A stretch of DNA of 64,000 bases from Felis catus (taxonomy: Eukaryota), in contig NC_058383.1 in the NCBI RefSeq assembly GCF_018350175.1, positions 6,822,001-6,886,000 on the forward strand, read 5' to 3'. The notes below the pieces were generated by a model. The model was given only the letters and a program-made list of their open reading frames with translations. It searched no databases and was not told the origin of the DNA. Of this stretch, positions 51,302 to 64,000 are shown piece by piece (position 1 is the stretch's first letter; each line of letters opens with the position of its first letter). A program made the position numbers and the translations under genes.

Positions 51302-52503
51302 CATCCATCCATCCAGAATTGACCTAGAGTTAATCCAAGCAATGCTGCAGTGCTTGTCAGGATGAGTTGTCTGCAGGGTCTGTGCCCCTCTGCTCTGGTG
51401 GACACGCAGTTACCCAGTGCAAAGGGGCATGGTTTTGTGTAGTCTGGGCCCACCTCCACTATGGGACCTGGGAGTGATCCCTGAGGCCCCTCCTTGGTGG
51501 TGGTGGTGGTGGGGCGCAAATGGTGATCCCCCAGTCTCTTCTCCATGGAGCCGGACCCGGTGGACTCCATTTGAGTTGGCCTCACTGTGCCGCGGGTGCA
51601 GACAGGGCAGTCCTTCTCGCTCCGCCAACTCCCTTGACCCTGCGCTTGGCTAGGATTCAAAGTCCCGCTCTGTGCGCTCTGGCACTGGGGAAGTGCCTCT
51701 CAGTGTGGCCAGATATGTGGTCTCTGCTGGCTTTGGCTATGTGGCTGCACTTCAGGGGGGACCGCTTTCTACTGTGTACTGAGCCGCCACCCTCGCAGAC
51801 GCAGGCAGACACAGTCAGGCTTTGTCTTTTCCCACAGCACTCCAGGGAGGGGACCACTTTCTTCTACTATAGACTACGCTGCCTACCTCACTGTGAGCCC
51901 CCCGGGGTGGCACACGCAGGCAGGCTTTGTCTTCTCCCACAGTACACCAGGGAGACAGCAGCCGTTTCCTACTGCAGACCACACCCTCAGCCCAGCCACT
52001 GAGCCCGGGAGTGGTGGACACAGGCAGGCTTTGTACTATCACACAGCCCTCCAGGGAGGGAACCACTTTCTCCAACTGCGGACTGAGCCCCTGACCTACC
52101 ACCACACCCAGGCCTTGATTCCCCTCCTCCCCAGGTGCAGGAACAGGGAGGCGGCCCCAGTCCAAGGAAAGCCCCACAGTTAGAGATCGTATCCCTCTCA
52201 GTCTCAGTCTGAGGGAGACTTTCTCCTGTCCAGATATGGTCCTATACTTCCCTAGCTGCTCTTTCTTTTCCCTTTGTCTCTCCGCAGAAGGGGGTCCCTC
52301 CCCTCCATGCCCACACAGGCTTTTTTTAATCTCTCCCAGTTCACAGTCACCCACCTTTTTTCCAAGCTTTCCCATTTTCTTCCTGGTAGATTCAGTCTCT
52401 TTTCCTCCCAGGTTCTGGTGTTCAAAGTCCTTTGGCTTCTGCATTTCTTTGTTTGAAAGAAGTAAAGTATGGATCCCCCTCCTTCTCTGCCATGTTGGCC
52501 CCC
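44440..52503 (-). mobile_element. Full-length but inactivated carnivore L1
   Basis: 5' end GGGGGCCAACATGGC (YY1-like) at 52503; GC-rich 5'UTR; ORF1 relics from the ATG at ~50511; EN/RT/C-terminal ORF2 relics with stops. Interrupted by a SINE (46058-46287) and a second L1 (48648-49433). Confidence 0.93.
48648..49433 (-). mobile_element. Younger 5'-truncated L1 nested in the host L1 ORF2
   Basis: Own 3'UTR and A-tail; 18-bp TSD gatgggtcttgttttttt at 48630-48647 and 49434-49451. Confidence 0.92.
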
Positions 52504-52504
52504 T

Positions 52505-52995
52505 TTAAAAAATTTTTTTAATATTCATTTATTTTTGAGAAAGAGAGAGAGAGAGACAGAACATGAGTGGGGGAGGGGCAGAGAGAGAGGGAGACAGAAT
52601 CTGAAGCAGGCTCCAGGCTCTGAAGCTGTCAGCACAGAGCCTGGCATGGGGCTCAAACTCACAAACTGTGAGATCATGACCTGAGCCAAAGTCAGATGCT
52701 TAACCAACTGAGCCCCCCAGGTGCCCCTCCTGAGGGCCTTCTTAACCAGGATAATTAAAACTTTTGTAATTATTTTATTGTTTTTTAAGTTTTTAATGTT
52801 TATTTATTATTTTGAGAGAGAGACAGAGTGAAGATGGGAAAGGGGAAGAGACAGAGGGAGACACAGAATCCGAAGCAGCTTCCAAACTCTGAGCTGTCAG
52901 CACAAAGCCCTATGGGGGGCTTGAACTCAGAGTCGGTGAGATCATGACATGAGCTGAAGTTGGATGCTTAACCGACTGAGCCACCCAGGTGCCCC
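52505..52995 (-). mobile_element. Two SINECs
   Basis: Can-SINE structure; the second has TSD aaaacttttgt(a/c)attatttt. Confidence 0.88.
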
Positions 52996-53053
52996 AAAAC
53001 TTTTGTCATTATTTTATGCAAGTGGGAGAGAGGTAGAGTGGATACTGTATTCG

Positions 53054-53202
53054 TGTGTGTGTGTGTGTGTGTGTGTGTATGTATATATAATACATATATA
53101 ATAGACATTAAATATATACAATATATAATATATATTTGTATGAAATATATATTTATTTTATTTATTATTTATTTTATTATTATATATTAATATATATTAT
53201 AT
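53054..53202. repeat. (TG)n followed by a TA-rich low-complexity tract
   Basis: Seen directly in the sequence. Confidence 0.9.
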
Positions 53203-56200
53203 TTAATAGTAGCCATCCTAATGGATATGAATTGGTATTTCATTGTGGTTTTGACTTCTATTTCCTGAATGATTAATGCTTTGAGAAATTTTACATGTGC
53301 TTGTTGGCCATTTGTATATCTTTGGAGAAATGTCTATTCACACCCTTTGCTTTTTTTTTTATTTTAAAGAATTGGGGACAGAGGGAGAGAGAGAGAATCC
53401 TAAGCAGGCTCCATGCCCAGTGCAGAGCTCAACACAGGCCTTAGTCCCACTACCCTGGGATCATGACCTGAGCTGAAATCAAGTTGAACCCTCAACTGAC
53501 TGAGCTACTGAGGAACCCCCTCTTGCCAGTTTTTTAACAAGGTCTTTAAAAATTATTATTAAGTTGTAGGAGTTTTTTATATGTTCTGGATATTAAGCCC
53601 TTATCAGTTATATGATAATCAGTTATATGATATAAAGATATTTTCTCTTATTCCATAAGTTGCTTTTCACTCTGTTCATTGTGTCCTTTGATAGACAAAA
53701 GTTTTAAATTTTGATACTTGTATTATCTATTTTTTATTTTGTTTCATTTGCTTTTGGTGTCAATTGCAAGATATCACTACCAAATCCAATGTCATGAAGG
53801 TTTTACCTTATGTTTTCTTCTAAAAGTTTTATAGTTTTAGCTCTTACATTTAGGCCTCTGATTCATTTTCAGTGAATTTTTATGTATAGTAAAGGTGAGG
53901 ATCCAATTTTGTTTTTTGTACGTGAATATTCCATTTTCCCAGCACCATTTGTTAAAAAGACTAGTTTTCTCCATTTATTGGTCTTGGCACCCTTCTCAAA
54001 AATCATTTGATAATATATATGAGGGTTTATTTCAGGGTTCTCTATTCTGTTCCATTGGTCTATATGTCTTCTTCATACCAGTACCACACTGTTTTGATTA
54101 CTCTAGCTTTGAAATCAAGAAGTGTGAGACCTTTAATTTTGTTCTTCTTTTTGAAGATTGTTTTGTCTATTCAGGGTGTCTTGGGATTTCACGTAAGTTT
54201 TAGGATAGATTTTTCTATTTCTGAGAAAAAAATGCCATTTAGAATTTGATTGAAATTGCATTAAATCTATGATTGCTTTGAGTATTATTGATATCTTAAC
54301 AATAAGTTTTCCAATCCTTGAATATGTGGTGTCATTCTATTTATTTGTGTCTTTAATTTCTTCTAGCAACTTTTTGTGGTTTTCAGTGTATAAATCTTTT
54401 GCTTCCTTGGTTAGGTTTATTTGTAAGTATTTTGTTCTTTTTGATGCTATTGTAAATAAAATTGTTTTCTTAATTTTCTTTTTGGAATATTTATCGTTAA
54501 TGTGTAGAAACATAGCTGATTTTTATATGTTGATTTTGTATCCTTCAATTTTGCTGAAATTTTTTACTGGTTCTAGTATTTTGTGTTTGTTATCTTTTTT
54601 TTTTTCAACGTTTTTTATTTATTTTTTGGGACAGAGAGAGACAGAGCATGAACGGGGGAGGGGCAGAGAGAGAGGGAGACACAGAATCGGAAACAGGCTC
54701 CAGGCTCCGAGCCATCAGCCCAGAGCCTGACACGGGGCTCGAACTCACAGAGCGCGAGATCGTGACCTGGCTGAAGTCGGACGCTCAACCGACTGCGCCA
54801 CCCAGGCGCCCCATGTTTGTTATCTTTAGGGTGTCCACATATATGATCTTTTGTCTGTGAACAGAGGTAGTTTTATTTCTTCTTTTCCAATTTGGATGCC
54901 TTTTATTTTTCTTGCCTAATTGCTCTGGCTAGGACTTCTAGTATAAAGATGAATAGAAGTTGTGAAAGTGGACATCCTTACCTTGTTCCAGATCTTAGTG
55001 TTAAGTATAATGTTAGCTGTGTGCTTGTCATATATAGCTTTTACTCTGTTGAGGTACATTCTTTCTGTATCTAATTTGTTGAGAGTTTTTATCATGAAAG
55101 GATATTGAATTTTGTCAAATGCTTTTTCTGCATCCATTTAGATAATCAAGTGATTACTGTCCCCTTCATTCTGTTAATGTTATGTATCACATTGATTGCA
55201 ATCCCAGGGATTAAAGCTTTGTATCCCTGAGATTAAATTCCACTTGATCATGTCATAGAATCCTTTCAGTGTGCTCTTGAATTTAGTTTGCTAGTATTTT
55301 TTTGAGGGGAGAGGGGCAGAGGGAGAGGGAGAAAGAGAATCCCAAACAGGCTCCACACCCAGTGTGGAGCCCAATGTGGGGCTTGATCTCATGATTGTGA
55401 AATCATTACCGAGCCAAAATCAAGAGTTGGATGCTTAACCAACTGAGCCACCCAGGCGCCCTGGTTTGCTAGTATTTTATTGAGAATTTTGTATCTGTGT
55501 TCATCATTTCTTTTCTTGTAGTGTCTGGCTTTGATGCTGGAGTAATACTGGCCTTGTAAAATGAGTTTTGAAGTGTTCTTTCCTCTTCATTTTTTGGGAA
55601 AGTTTGAGAAGGATTGGCATTAATTTCTTCTTAAATGTTTGTTAGAGTTCACCAGTGAAGCCATCTGGTCCTGGACTTTTCTTTGCTGAGTTATTTTTGA
55701 TTATTGATTCAATCTCCTTACTAGTTATAGGCCTATTCAGATTTTCTATTTCTTTATGATTCAGTCTTGGTAGACTGTATATTTGCTGGAATTTATGCAT
55801 TTCTTCTAGGTTACCCAATTTGTTGGTGTATAAATGTTCATAGTAGTCTTTTATGAACATTTGCATTTCTGTGATATCAATTGTGATATCTCTTCCTTCA
55901 TTTATGATTTTATTTTTTTGAGACTTTTTTCTTTTCTCTTAGCCTTGGTAAAGATTTATCAATTGTGTTTATCTTTTCAAAAAACTAGCTCTTTGTTGAT
56001 TTTTTCTTTTGTCCTTTTAGTCTCTATTTCATTTATTTTTGCTTTGACCTTGTTATTTCCTTCATTCTGTCCACTTTGGGCTTAGTTTGTTTTTTTCCTA
56101 CTTCCTTGAGGTATAAAGTTAGGTTGTTAATTTGTGATATTCTTTCTTCATGTAGACACTTAATTGCTATAAACTTCCTTCTTATTAATGCTTTTGAAGC

Positions 56201-59200
56201 ATCCTGTAAGTTTTGTTATGTTGTGTTTCCATTTATATTTGTCCTAAGATCTTTTTTTGATTTCCCTTATTATTTCTTCTTTTACCCATTGATTGTTTAA
56301 GAATGTGTCATTTAATTTCCATATGTATGTGAATTTTCCAAGTTTCCTTCTATTATTGATTTCTACTTTCATATTATTATGGTTGTAAAAGATGCTTGAT
56401 ATTACTTCAGTATTCTTAGATTGGTTTAGTTTTGTTTTATGGTCTGACATATGATCTATTCTAGAGAATGTTATGTGTGCACTTGAAAAGAATATTTATT
56501 GTGCTGCTGTTGAATGGAATGTTCTGTATCTGTTTGGTCATTTGGCCTGAAGTCTAATTCATGTCTAATATTTCCTTATTGATTTTCTGCTTGGATGACC
56601 TATCCATTGTTGGAAGTGAGGTACTGAAGTCTCCTGCTATTATTTTTGTTGTTTATGCTTTCATATTTGTTAGTATTTGCTTAATATATTTAGGTGTTCT
56701 GATGTTGGGTATATGTGTAATTATAGTTATATATCTTCTTGATGAATTGACCCTTTATCATTATATAATGACCTTTTTTGTTTATTATTACTTCATTCAT
56801 TCATTCATTTATTCATTTATAAGCTCCACACCCAGTGTGGAGCCCAACCTGGGGTCTGAACTCACGACTCTGAGGTCAAGACCTGAGCTGAGATCAAGAG
56901 TCAGATGCTTCACCAATTGATCCATCCAGGCACCCCTATTATTACCATTTTTGACTTAGTCTGTTTCATGCAAAGATAGCTACCTTTGCTCTTTCTGGTT
57001 CCATTTGCATGGAATATTTTTTCCCATTCCTTTACTTTGAGCCTAAGAATGTCCTTAAAGCTGAAAGCAGTCTCTTGTAGGCACCATATTTTGGGCCTTA
57101 TTTTGGAGTGGGGGGGGGCGGTGTTTTATTTTTTATTCCATTCAATCTGTATTTTGATTGGAAAACATAATCCACTTATACTTAAAGTAATTATTAATAG
57201 GTAAAGACTTAGTACTGTCATTTTGTTGTTTGTTTTCTGGGTGTTTCATAGATCCTTTGTTCCTTTCTTCCTCTCTTGCTGCTTCCTTCCTTTGTGATTT
57301 GATGATTTTCTATAGTGGTGTGTTTTAATTTCTTTTTCTTTCTCTTTCGTGTATCTACTATAGGTTTTTGCTTTGTAGTTACCATGAGGCTTACATAAAA
57401 CATCTTATAGTTATAAGGGTCTATTTTAAGCTGCTAACAACTTAACTTCTATTGCATACAAAAACTACTCTTTTACTCCTCTTTCCCCCATATTTTGTTT
57501 TTATATCACAATTTCCATATTTTTATATTGTGTATCAATCAACAAATTATTGTAGCTATACTTCTTTTTAATACTTTTGTCTTTTAACCTTTATGTTAGA
57601 GTGAAGTGAGTTTCACACACTATTCCAGTACTACTGTATTCTGAATTTGATTGTATACTTTCCTTTAACAGTGAGTTTAAACCTTCATATGTTTTCTTGT
57701 TACTAATTAACATCTTTTCACTTCATCTTCAGCTAAAGAACTCTCTTTAGCATTCTTCTAAGGCAGGTCTAGTGGCGATGAGCTCCCTCAACTTTTATTT
57801 ATTTGAGAAAGTGTTTATATTTTCTTCTTTCCTTAGGACAGCTTTGCCAGGTGAGATATTCTTGGTTGACAATTAAAAAGCACTATATATTATTCCACTC
57901 TCTTTTGGTCTACAAGATTTCTGCTGAGAAAGCCACTGATAGCCCTCTGGAGGTTCCCTTGTATGAGATGAGCTTCTTTTCCCTTGCTGCTTTCAAAATT
58001 ATTTGTCTTTTATTTTTGGCAGTTTTATTATATTGTGTCTCAGTGAAGTCCTCTGGATTGAATCTATTAGGGACTTATGAGCTTCATGTATCTGGATATC
58101 TCTATTTCCCCCTAGATTTGGGAAGTTTTCAGCTATTTGCCCTTTCTTCCTTCCTTCCTTCCTTCCCTCCTTCCTTCCTTCCTTCCTTCCTGCCTTCCTG
58201 CCTTCCTGCCTTCCTGCCTTCCTGCCTTCCTGCTTTCCTTTCTTCCTTCCATGTTGTACTGTTTTTTTTTTTTTAAGTTTATTTTTGAGAGAGAGAGAGT
58301 GAGCAGAGTAGGGGCAAAAAGAAAGGGAAAGAGAGAATCTCCCAAGCAGGCTTTGTGCTGTCAGCGCTGAACCTGACGTGGAGCTTGAGTGAGATCATGA
58401 CCTGAGCTGAAATCAAGAGCCAGATACTTAATCAACTGAGCCACCCAGGCGCCCCTCAGCTGTTATATCTTTAAATAAGCTTTCTGCCCTTTGACTCTCT
58501 TGTCTTTGGGGACTCCCATAATGTGAATGTTGTTTTGCATAGTGGTGTTTCATAATTTCTATAGGCTTTCCTCACTCTTTTCCATTCTTTTTCCTTTTTT
58601 CTCCTCTGGCTGGATAATTACAAATGGTCTGTTTTTGAGTTCACAGATTCTTTCTTCTGCTTGGTCATGTCTGCTGTTGATACTCTCTCCTTTTCAGTTT
58701 CCATTTTAGTCATTGTATTCTTTATCTTGAGGATTTCCATTTGTTTTTTTCTTTAAAATAATTTGTCTCTGTTGAACTTTTCATTTTTTTCATGTACTCT
58801 TTTCTAGGTTTTGTTGAGTTGTCTACCTGTGTTCTCTTGTAGCATGCAAGGAATTATTTTGAATTTTTTGGCAATTCATAGATATCAATTTCTTTGTGGT
58901 CAGTTACTGGAAAATTATTGTGTTCCTTTTTGTTTGTTTGTTTCTCATAGCCTTGCATCGATGTTTGTGCATTTGATGGAGCAGTCACCTCTTCCAGATT
59001 ATACAGACTGGGTTTGATGGAGAATACCTTCACCTGTGGGTGGATGCGAGGGTACTTGCTGGGCAGGATGTGGCAGTTCCAGCCCCATAGAAGGCCCAGC
59101 AGCATTGTCTTTGTGCAGCTCCAGTAGCTGAGGCCCTCAGTGGTCAAGGATGTAAATGTCTGCAATAATTATTGGGGTATTCAACCACTTGGATCCTCCT

Positions 59201-60681
59201 AATGTCTTTTTCTCTTACAGGGGTTATTATGGCTGGGAGGATCCTTCTTGGCACTGTATCCAACTTGTGAGTGCCCCTGAAGTAGTGGTGAGATTGGTGT
59301 GGATGACCATGTGGCTACCATGTAACAGGGACTGGAGTGCACGAAGGCAGTGACTCCAGGTTTAGGGACATTAGATAGTCCACATTGGTGATGGCTCTGT
59401 TGCTCAGTTGCTGGCACTTGCAGAGGAGCAACAGACCCGGAGTCTGGAGTCAGGTGCTCACAGAACAACAGCGACTGTGGAGTCCGGGGCACTGGCTAGC
59501 CCACAATGGCAATGGCTCTGTTGCATGAGCTGTGAGTACATACAAGTGGCCACAGAGGCAGGGTCTAGAACATGGATGTGTGTGGAGCAGTAATGGCTCT
59601 GGAGTCTGGGGTGCTGGCTGGCCCACAGTGGTGATGGCTCTGGGGCCTGAGACATGGGTGCATATGGAATAGCTATGGATCTGTAGATTTGAGTGAGAGC
59701 ACACACAGAGTGGCTGTGGAATCCGGGTCTGAAGTGTGGGTACAGGCAGAGTAGCCATGACTCTGGAGTCTGGGACATGAATGAGGTTAAAGGAGGCTGG
59801 CAACCCTGGTCCTGGGGTGGTATAACAGCAGCTGGGTGATGTGCGGCAGCATCTCCCTTTTTTGGTGAGGGGGAGTTCTTCAGTTGCAATGGCTGTTAGT
59901 TACCATGTGTCAAGTTTCCTGTGTCCCTTGCAAAGCAGGTCACTGGGATCTGTGCCAGTGAGCACTATGGGATTCTCCACTAAGAAAGCTGTAGGGAGTC
60001 TGCAGTTTTTGAATTAAAGTCTATTTTCTGATATTAGGATAGCCATGCCTATTCTCTTCCGGTTATCTTTTTTTTTTCTCTTAAGTTTGTTTATTTTTGA
60101 CAGAGACAGAGTGGGAGCATGAGCTGGGGAGGGGCAGAGAGAGAGGGTGACACAGAATCTGAAGTGGGCTCCAGGCTCCAAGTTGTCAGAGCCCAACGTG
60201 GGCCTTGAACTCACAAACCGTGAGATCATGACCCGGGCCGAAGTCGACGCTTAACTGACTGAACCACCCAGGCGCCCCTGGTTATCATTTTTAATGGAAT
60301 ATCTTTTCCCATCCTTTAACTTTCAACCTATGGATGCAATTGGATCTAAAGTAAAGTTGGTAGAGCATGTGACTCTTGATCTTGGGGTCATGTGTTTGAA
60401 CCCCACGTTGGGTGTAGAGATTATTTTAAAAAACAAATAAAAAAAAATAAAGTGAATCTCTTACAGACACAATATAGTTGGATTCTATTTCTAACCATCT
60501 GTCTTTTAATTGGGTAGTTTATATTTAAAGTAATTACTGATAGGGAAGGACTTGCTATTATCATTTTGATATTTTTGCTGTATGTCATATAGCCTTTTTG
60601 TTTCTCATTTTCTCCCTTATTACCTCCCTTTGTGTTTGGTTGGCTTTTTTCAAAAAATAATTTTTTAGTGTTATTTATTTT

Positions 60682-60730
<49 letters not shown>

Positions 60731-61290
60731 AGGGGAGGGGCAGAGAGAGAGGAAGACACAGAATCTGAAGCAGGCTCTAGGATCTGAGCTGTCGGCACAG
60801 AGCCTGGTGCAGGTCTCGAACTCACAAATTGTGAGATCATGACCTGAGCTGAAGTTTGATACTTAACCAACTGAGCCACCCAGGTGCCCCTGGTTGGCTT
60901 TTTATAGTGACATGTTTTGACTCCTTTCTCACTTGCTATTGCATATATTCTATAGATATTTTCTTTGTGGTTGCCCTGTGGATTAAATAAAATATCCTAA
61001 AGTTACAACAATCTATTTTAAACTTAACTTCAATTGCATAAAAAGAACTCTACTCCTTTACAGCTCTGCAACACCCTCCCCCCATTTTATGTTATTGATT
61101 TCGTAAATTACATCTTTATATATTGTGTACCCATTAATGTAGATTTATAGTTGTTTTTGATGCTTTTGTCTTTTAAATCCTGTAATGCAGTAAAAGGTGG
61201 AGTTACAAACCAAAATTACAATAATACATGTTTTTATGTTTGTTCATATATTTATCTTTACTGGAGAACTATATAGTTTGTATGGTTTTT
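53203..61290 (-). mobile_element. Long old L1M (ORF2, ORF1 and 5' region) plus further L1 pieces, with about 8 SINEC insertions
   Basis: [30 protein letters not shown]...[11 protein letters not shown] and other ORF2 relics. SINEs at ~53350, 54595, 55297, 56795, 58262, 60068, 60350 and 60655. Confidence 0.85.
58141..58250. repeat. (CCTT)n/(CCTG)n tetranucleotide repeat
   Basis: Seen directly in the sequence. Confidence 0.9.
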
Positions 61291-61309
61291 GAGTTACTGT
61301 GTAGCAATA

Positions 61310-61334
61310 GGAAAGAAAGAAAGAAAGAAAGAAA

Positions 61335-61379
<45 letters not shown>

Positions 61380-61398
61380 AAAAAGAAAGGAAGGAAGA
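61310..61398. repeat. (GAAA)n microsatellite
   Basis: Seen directly in the sequence. Confidence 0.92.
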
Positions 61399-62964
61399 AC
61401 GAACAGAACCCATTTCTACGAGCCTATCAGAGTACTAAGGGAACTTTAGACAGTTTTGGTCTCCTTCTTGAGAGGTATTTGAAAAGTTCTGGCTTCTGTC
61501 ATTGCTAAAGTAACTTTACAAGCATTGGGGTTTATTGATTAAAACCCTCCAGACCCCCAGGTAATTTAATGGATGTGAATCTGTTATGTTTTAGTCAGCC
61601 TCCATAAGACTTTGGTGAATAAAATTTGTGGGCATGCACATAACAGCCTTAGATTCTACTTTAATGTATATATTCCAAGAGAATTGAAACTGTATGAGAA
61701 ATCTTTACTTTGAGTGGCAGGCACTAGGGCAGTTTTATAATAGTGTGTTTCTGGGGTGAGTTGAAGTTCATATTCTCAACCTGCCTGAACTAGTCTGATT
61801 ATAATCTGAACTTCCTAAGGTTTATATGCCAAGTTGGGGTCATTGCTTAATATTCAACAAGGATTAAGACAGCAAAGCATTGCTGTAGGAAAACATCAGA
61901 TATGTGAGGCAATTGGTTACTTGATTTGAGTTGCAGCATATTCTATCTGGCTATTGACCTCAGCCACCACACCTGCCTTCTATCTGTCTTCTGTGTCTGC
62001 ATCCTTGGAAGTTTAGAACTTGTCTCACAGAACCTTAGTACCTGGGCAATGAGAACCTACAGTACAACCTCCTTATGCGATGGACAAGGAGTTGAGAGTG
62101 GAAGGGGCTTGCCCATGGCCAAATGAGTGAATGACAGATTGAAGTGAGACCCTCAGATCCAGACTCCTATGACTTCTCCCCAACAACACCGTTCCCTTCT
62201 TTTTCCTTCATTTCCTCCATAATATCATGTCTGGTCTGATGTGGCTGTTTCCTGCTTTCCACTCTCTGACTTCTCCAGTGACTCTGTAGGTCACTCTGTG
62301 ACTCAGAGACTCTCTGTGGCCTTTGACTACATTCTTGGAAAGAATGCTAAGCTGCAGTTTACAAAGCTGTTCTGGGTAAAGCTGACGGGAGGCCTGGGCC
62401 TTGTCCACCTGGCATCGTTGTCTTCTGGTATCTCTTTTCCATCTCCATACGTAGCCCCTGCTTGAAAAGAGCTGTTCCAGTAGGTCACACATGACCCTTT
62501 GGCTGATCTTGGAGTTCTCATTCAAGCTGCTGCCTAGTTCCTTCCCCCGCATCTTTCATACTTTAGATATGTCCTGTTCCAACCGAGCAATTCTGTGTAT
62601 TGTCTCCCTGTGGGGACTTTGCCTTCCAGGAATATGCTGGAATTCATGGAGAGACTTGCAAGCCCTTGGGAGTGGCTTGTAGAAGGCTCTGGAACAGGAG
62701 ATAAGGGCAGCATTAGCAATCAGCAGGCAAGGAAGGAATGGCTGAGCATAAAAAGGCTCTCACTGTCATCCATGGATTTGCAGTATCTTCTTAAGCTCTC
62801 TGGCTGGGCATGGTGCTTGATGATGGAAAAATAAAAATAATTATACTTCTGTCAATGTTTCCAACCCATTAGCTATTAATTTCATTCTTCTGAGATCTTT
62901 GGAGGTATATGCTCTAGGCAAAAAGCAGAAAGGAGAAGGAAAACTAACATTCAATTATGTGTAT

Positions 62965-63385
62965 TGGAGTAGATGTTTTTGGTGAGCCACACATATCCCT
63001 GAAGACAGTTTCCATGTTTCCTGTGCCTCAGAGACTGAGGAGGCCCTCATGTACTTGGCTCGCTAAGGGACAGGCAGGAAGTGCTAGGCGTTAATGCCCA
63101 AAGCAGCACTCCTTCACAAATAAGAGGTGGGAAGACATCCTAGCTTCCCTTACCCCCAACATAGTTCTGAGGCACATTCTGCATAGTCAGCAAAAGGTAC
63201 CCTGGGGGATTGAACTCCACTTTTCTACAACAGTGACCTGCTTGTGTATACCAGTTCGCATTCTTACCTTCCTTGAGTCACTTCTCCACCCTTTCAGAGT
63301 ACTTCCTGGGATCACCCCCCAAATTAACTATTTACATCCAAATATCTAATTCAGGGTCTACCTCTGGAGAAAATTCAAACTAAGA
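62965..63385. mobile_element. Old LTR16/ERVL-like LTR
   Basis: Ends with tcctgggatcac..cccaaat.aacta..t.ca.ccaaat...tcagggtct.c.tctgg.gaaa..caaactaaga. Confidence 0.55.
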
Positions 63386-63764
63386 GCCCTTTTATGTTCC
63401 AGAGATTTTACATGCATTATCTCATTTACTTTTGCATAAGCCATGAAATATGCATCAAATCTTTTTTGGAGATGCTGAGGTTCAGAGAGGTTGAACAGAT
63501 TCCTTGGGGTCACATAGCCAGTATCAGTAAATCATGATTTGAAACTATGTCTGTGTGACTTCTAAGCCTGTTCCATTTCTGCCATTCCATGCTGCTTCAG
63601 GGGAAAGCCCGAGTGAGGGTCAGCAGATCTAAGCTCCAGGTTCAGTTCTTTCTCCACATCAATATGTGACCCTTGGGCAGACCCCTTAGTTGTTCTTGGT
63701 CCAAATCTCATTTGCATTATTACCTCAAGGCTTTTGTGTGGGATGGTCTTCCTCTCATTTATCT

Positions 63765-64000
63765 CTAAGTTAGGGGTCCTGAAGACCACATTCAAGTACA
63801 GTGATTTGCTAGAAGGACTCACAGAACTCAGTAAAGCTTTTATACTCATGGTTATGGTTTTCTCCAGGAAAAGGATACAGATTAAAATCAGCAAAGATAA
63901 AGTGAAATAAGTCAGGCAGAGAAAGACAGATAACATATGTTTTCACTCATATGTGGATCCTGAGAAACTTAACAGAAGACCATGGGGGAGGGGAAAGGGG
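63765..64000. mobile_element. MER21-like LTR piece followed by an L1 fragment running off the window
   Basis: gatttgctagaaggactcacagaactcag; from ~63900 agtgaaataagtcaggcagagaaagacagata.. is the L1 ORF2 end. Confidence 0.6.

Noticed and set aside
51289..52508. ORFs up to 209 aa
   Set aside because: They lie in the GC-rich L1 5'UTR, mostly with non-ATG starts and no homology I can recognise.
62200..62830. Unique sequence with a semi-open minus frame (signal-like start, several N-x-S/T sequons)
   Set aside because: I compared it from memory with TRIM, connexin, GBP, env and CYP3A and found no convincing motif; it has several stops. A TBLASTX would be needed to revive it.
1..64000. tRNA genes, CRISPR arrays or prokaryotic systems
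   Set aside because: The tRNA-like A/B boxes all belong to SINEC heads; there is no repeat-spacer array; the sequence is mammalian.

Overview
Mammalian genomic DNA, almost certainly a felid: it is dense in carnivore SINEC elements, including near-identical young SINEC_Fc-type copies. The left end holds a CpG-island promoter and a complete five-coding-exon SCAN/degenerate-KRAB/7xC2H2 gene that I recognise as ZSCAN25 (ZNF498; about 545 aa, + strand). Downstream lie a U6 snRNA/L1 chimeric retrocopy, an EEF1B2 processed pseudogene and an intact single-exon OR1-family olfactory receptor (- strand). An L1-rich block follows, with a full-length L1, an L1-in-L1 insertion, and an older L1M element split by a 9.3 kb block. 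Two observations stand out. (1) At 18.4-23.6 kb, ordered exon-like relics suggest a decayed, unannotated Ig-superfamily type I membrane receptor gene: signal, IgV, second Ig, P/S/T stalk, TM, cytoplasmic tail. (2) Two inverted L1s share a roughly 0.5 kb tract of private variants, suggesting gene conversion. All calls were made by eye without database searches, so repeat subfamily names and boundaries are approximate.
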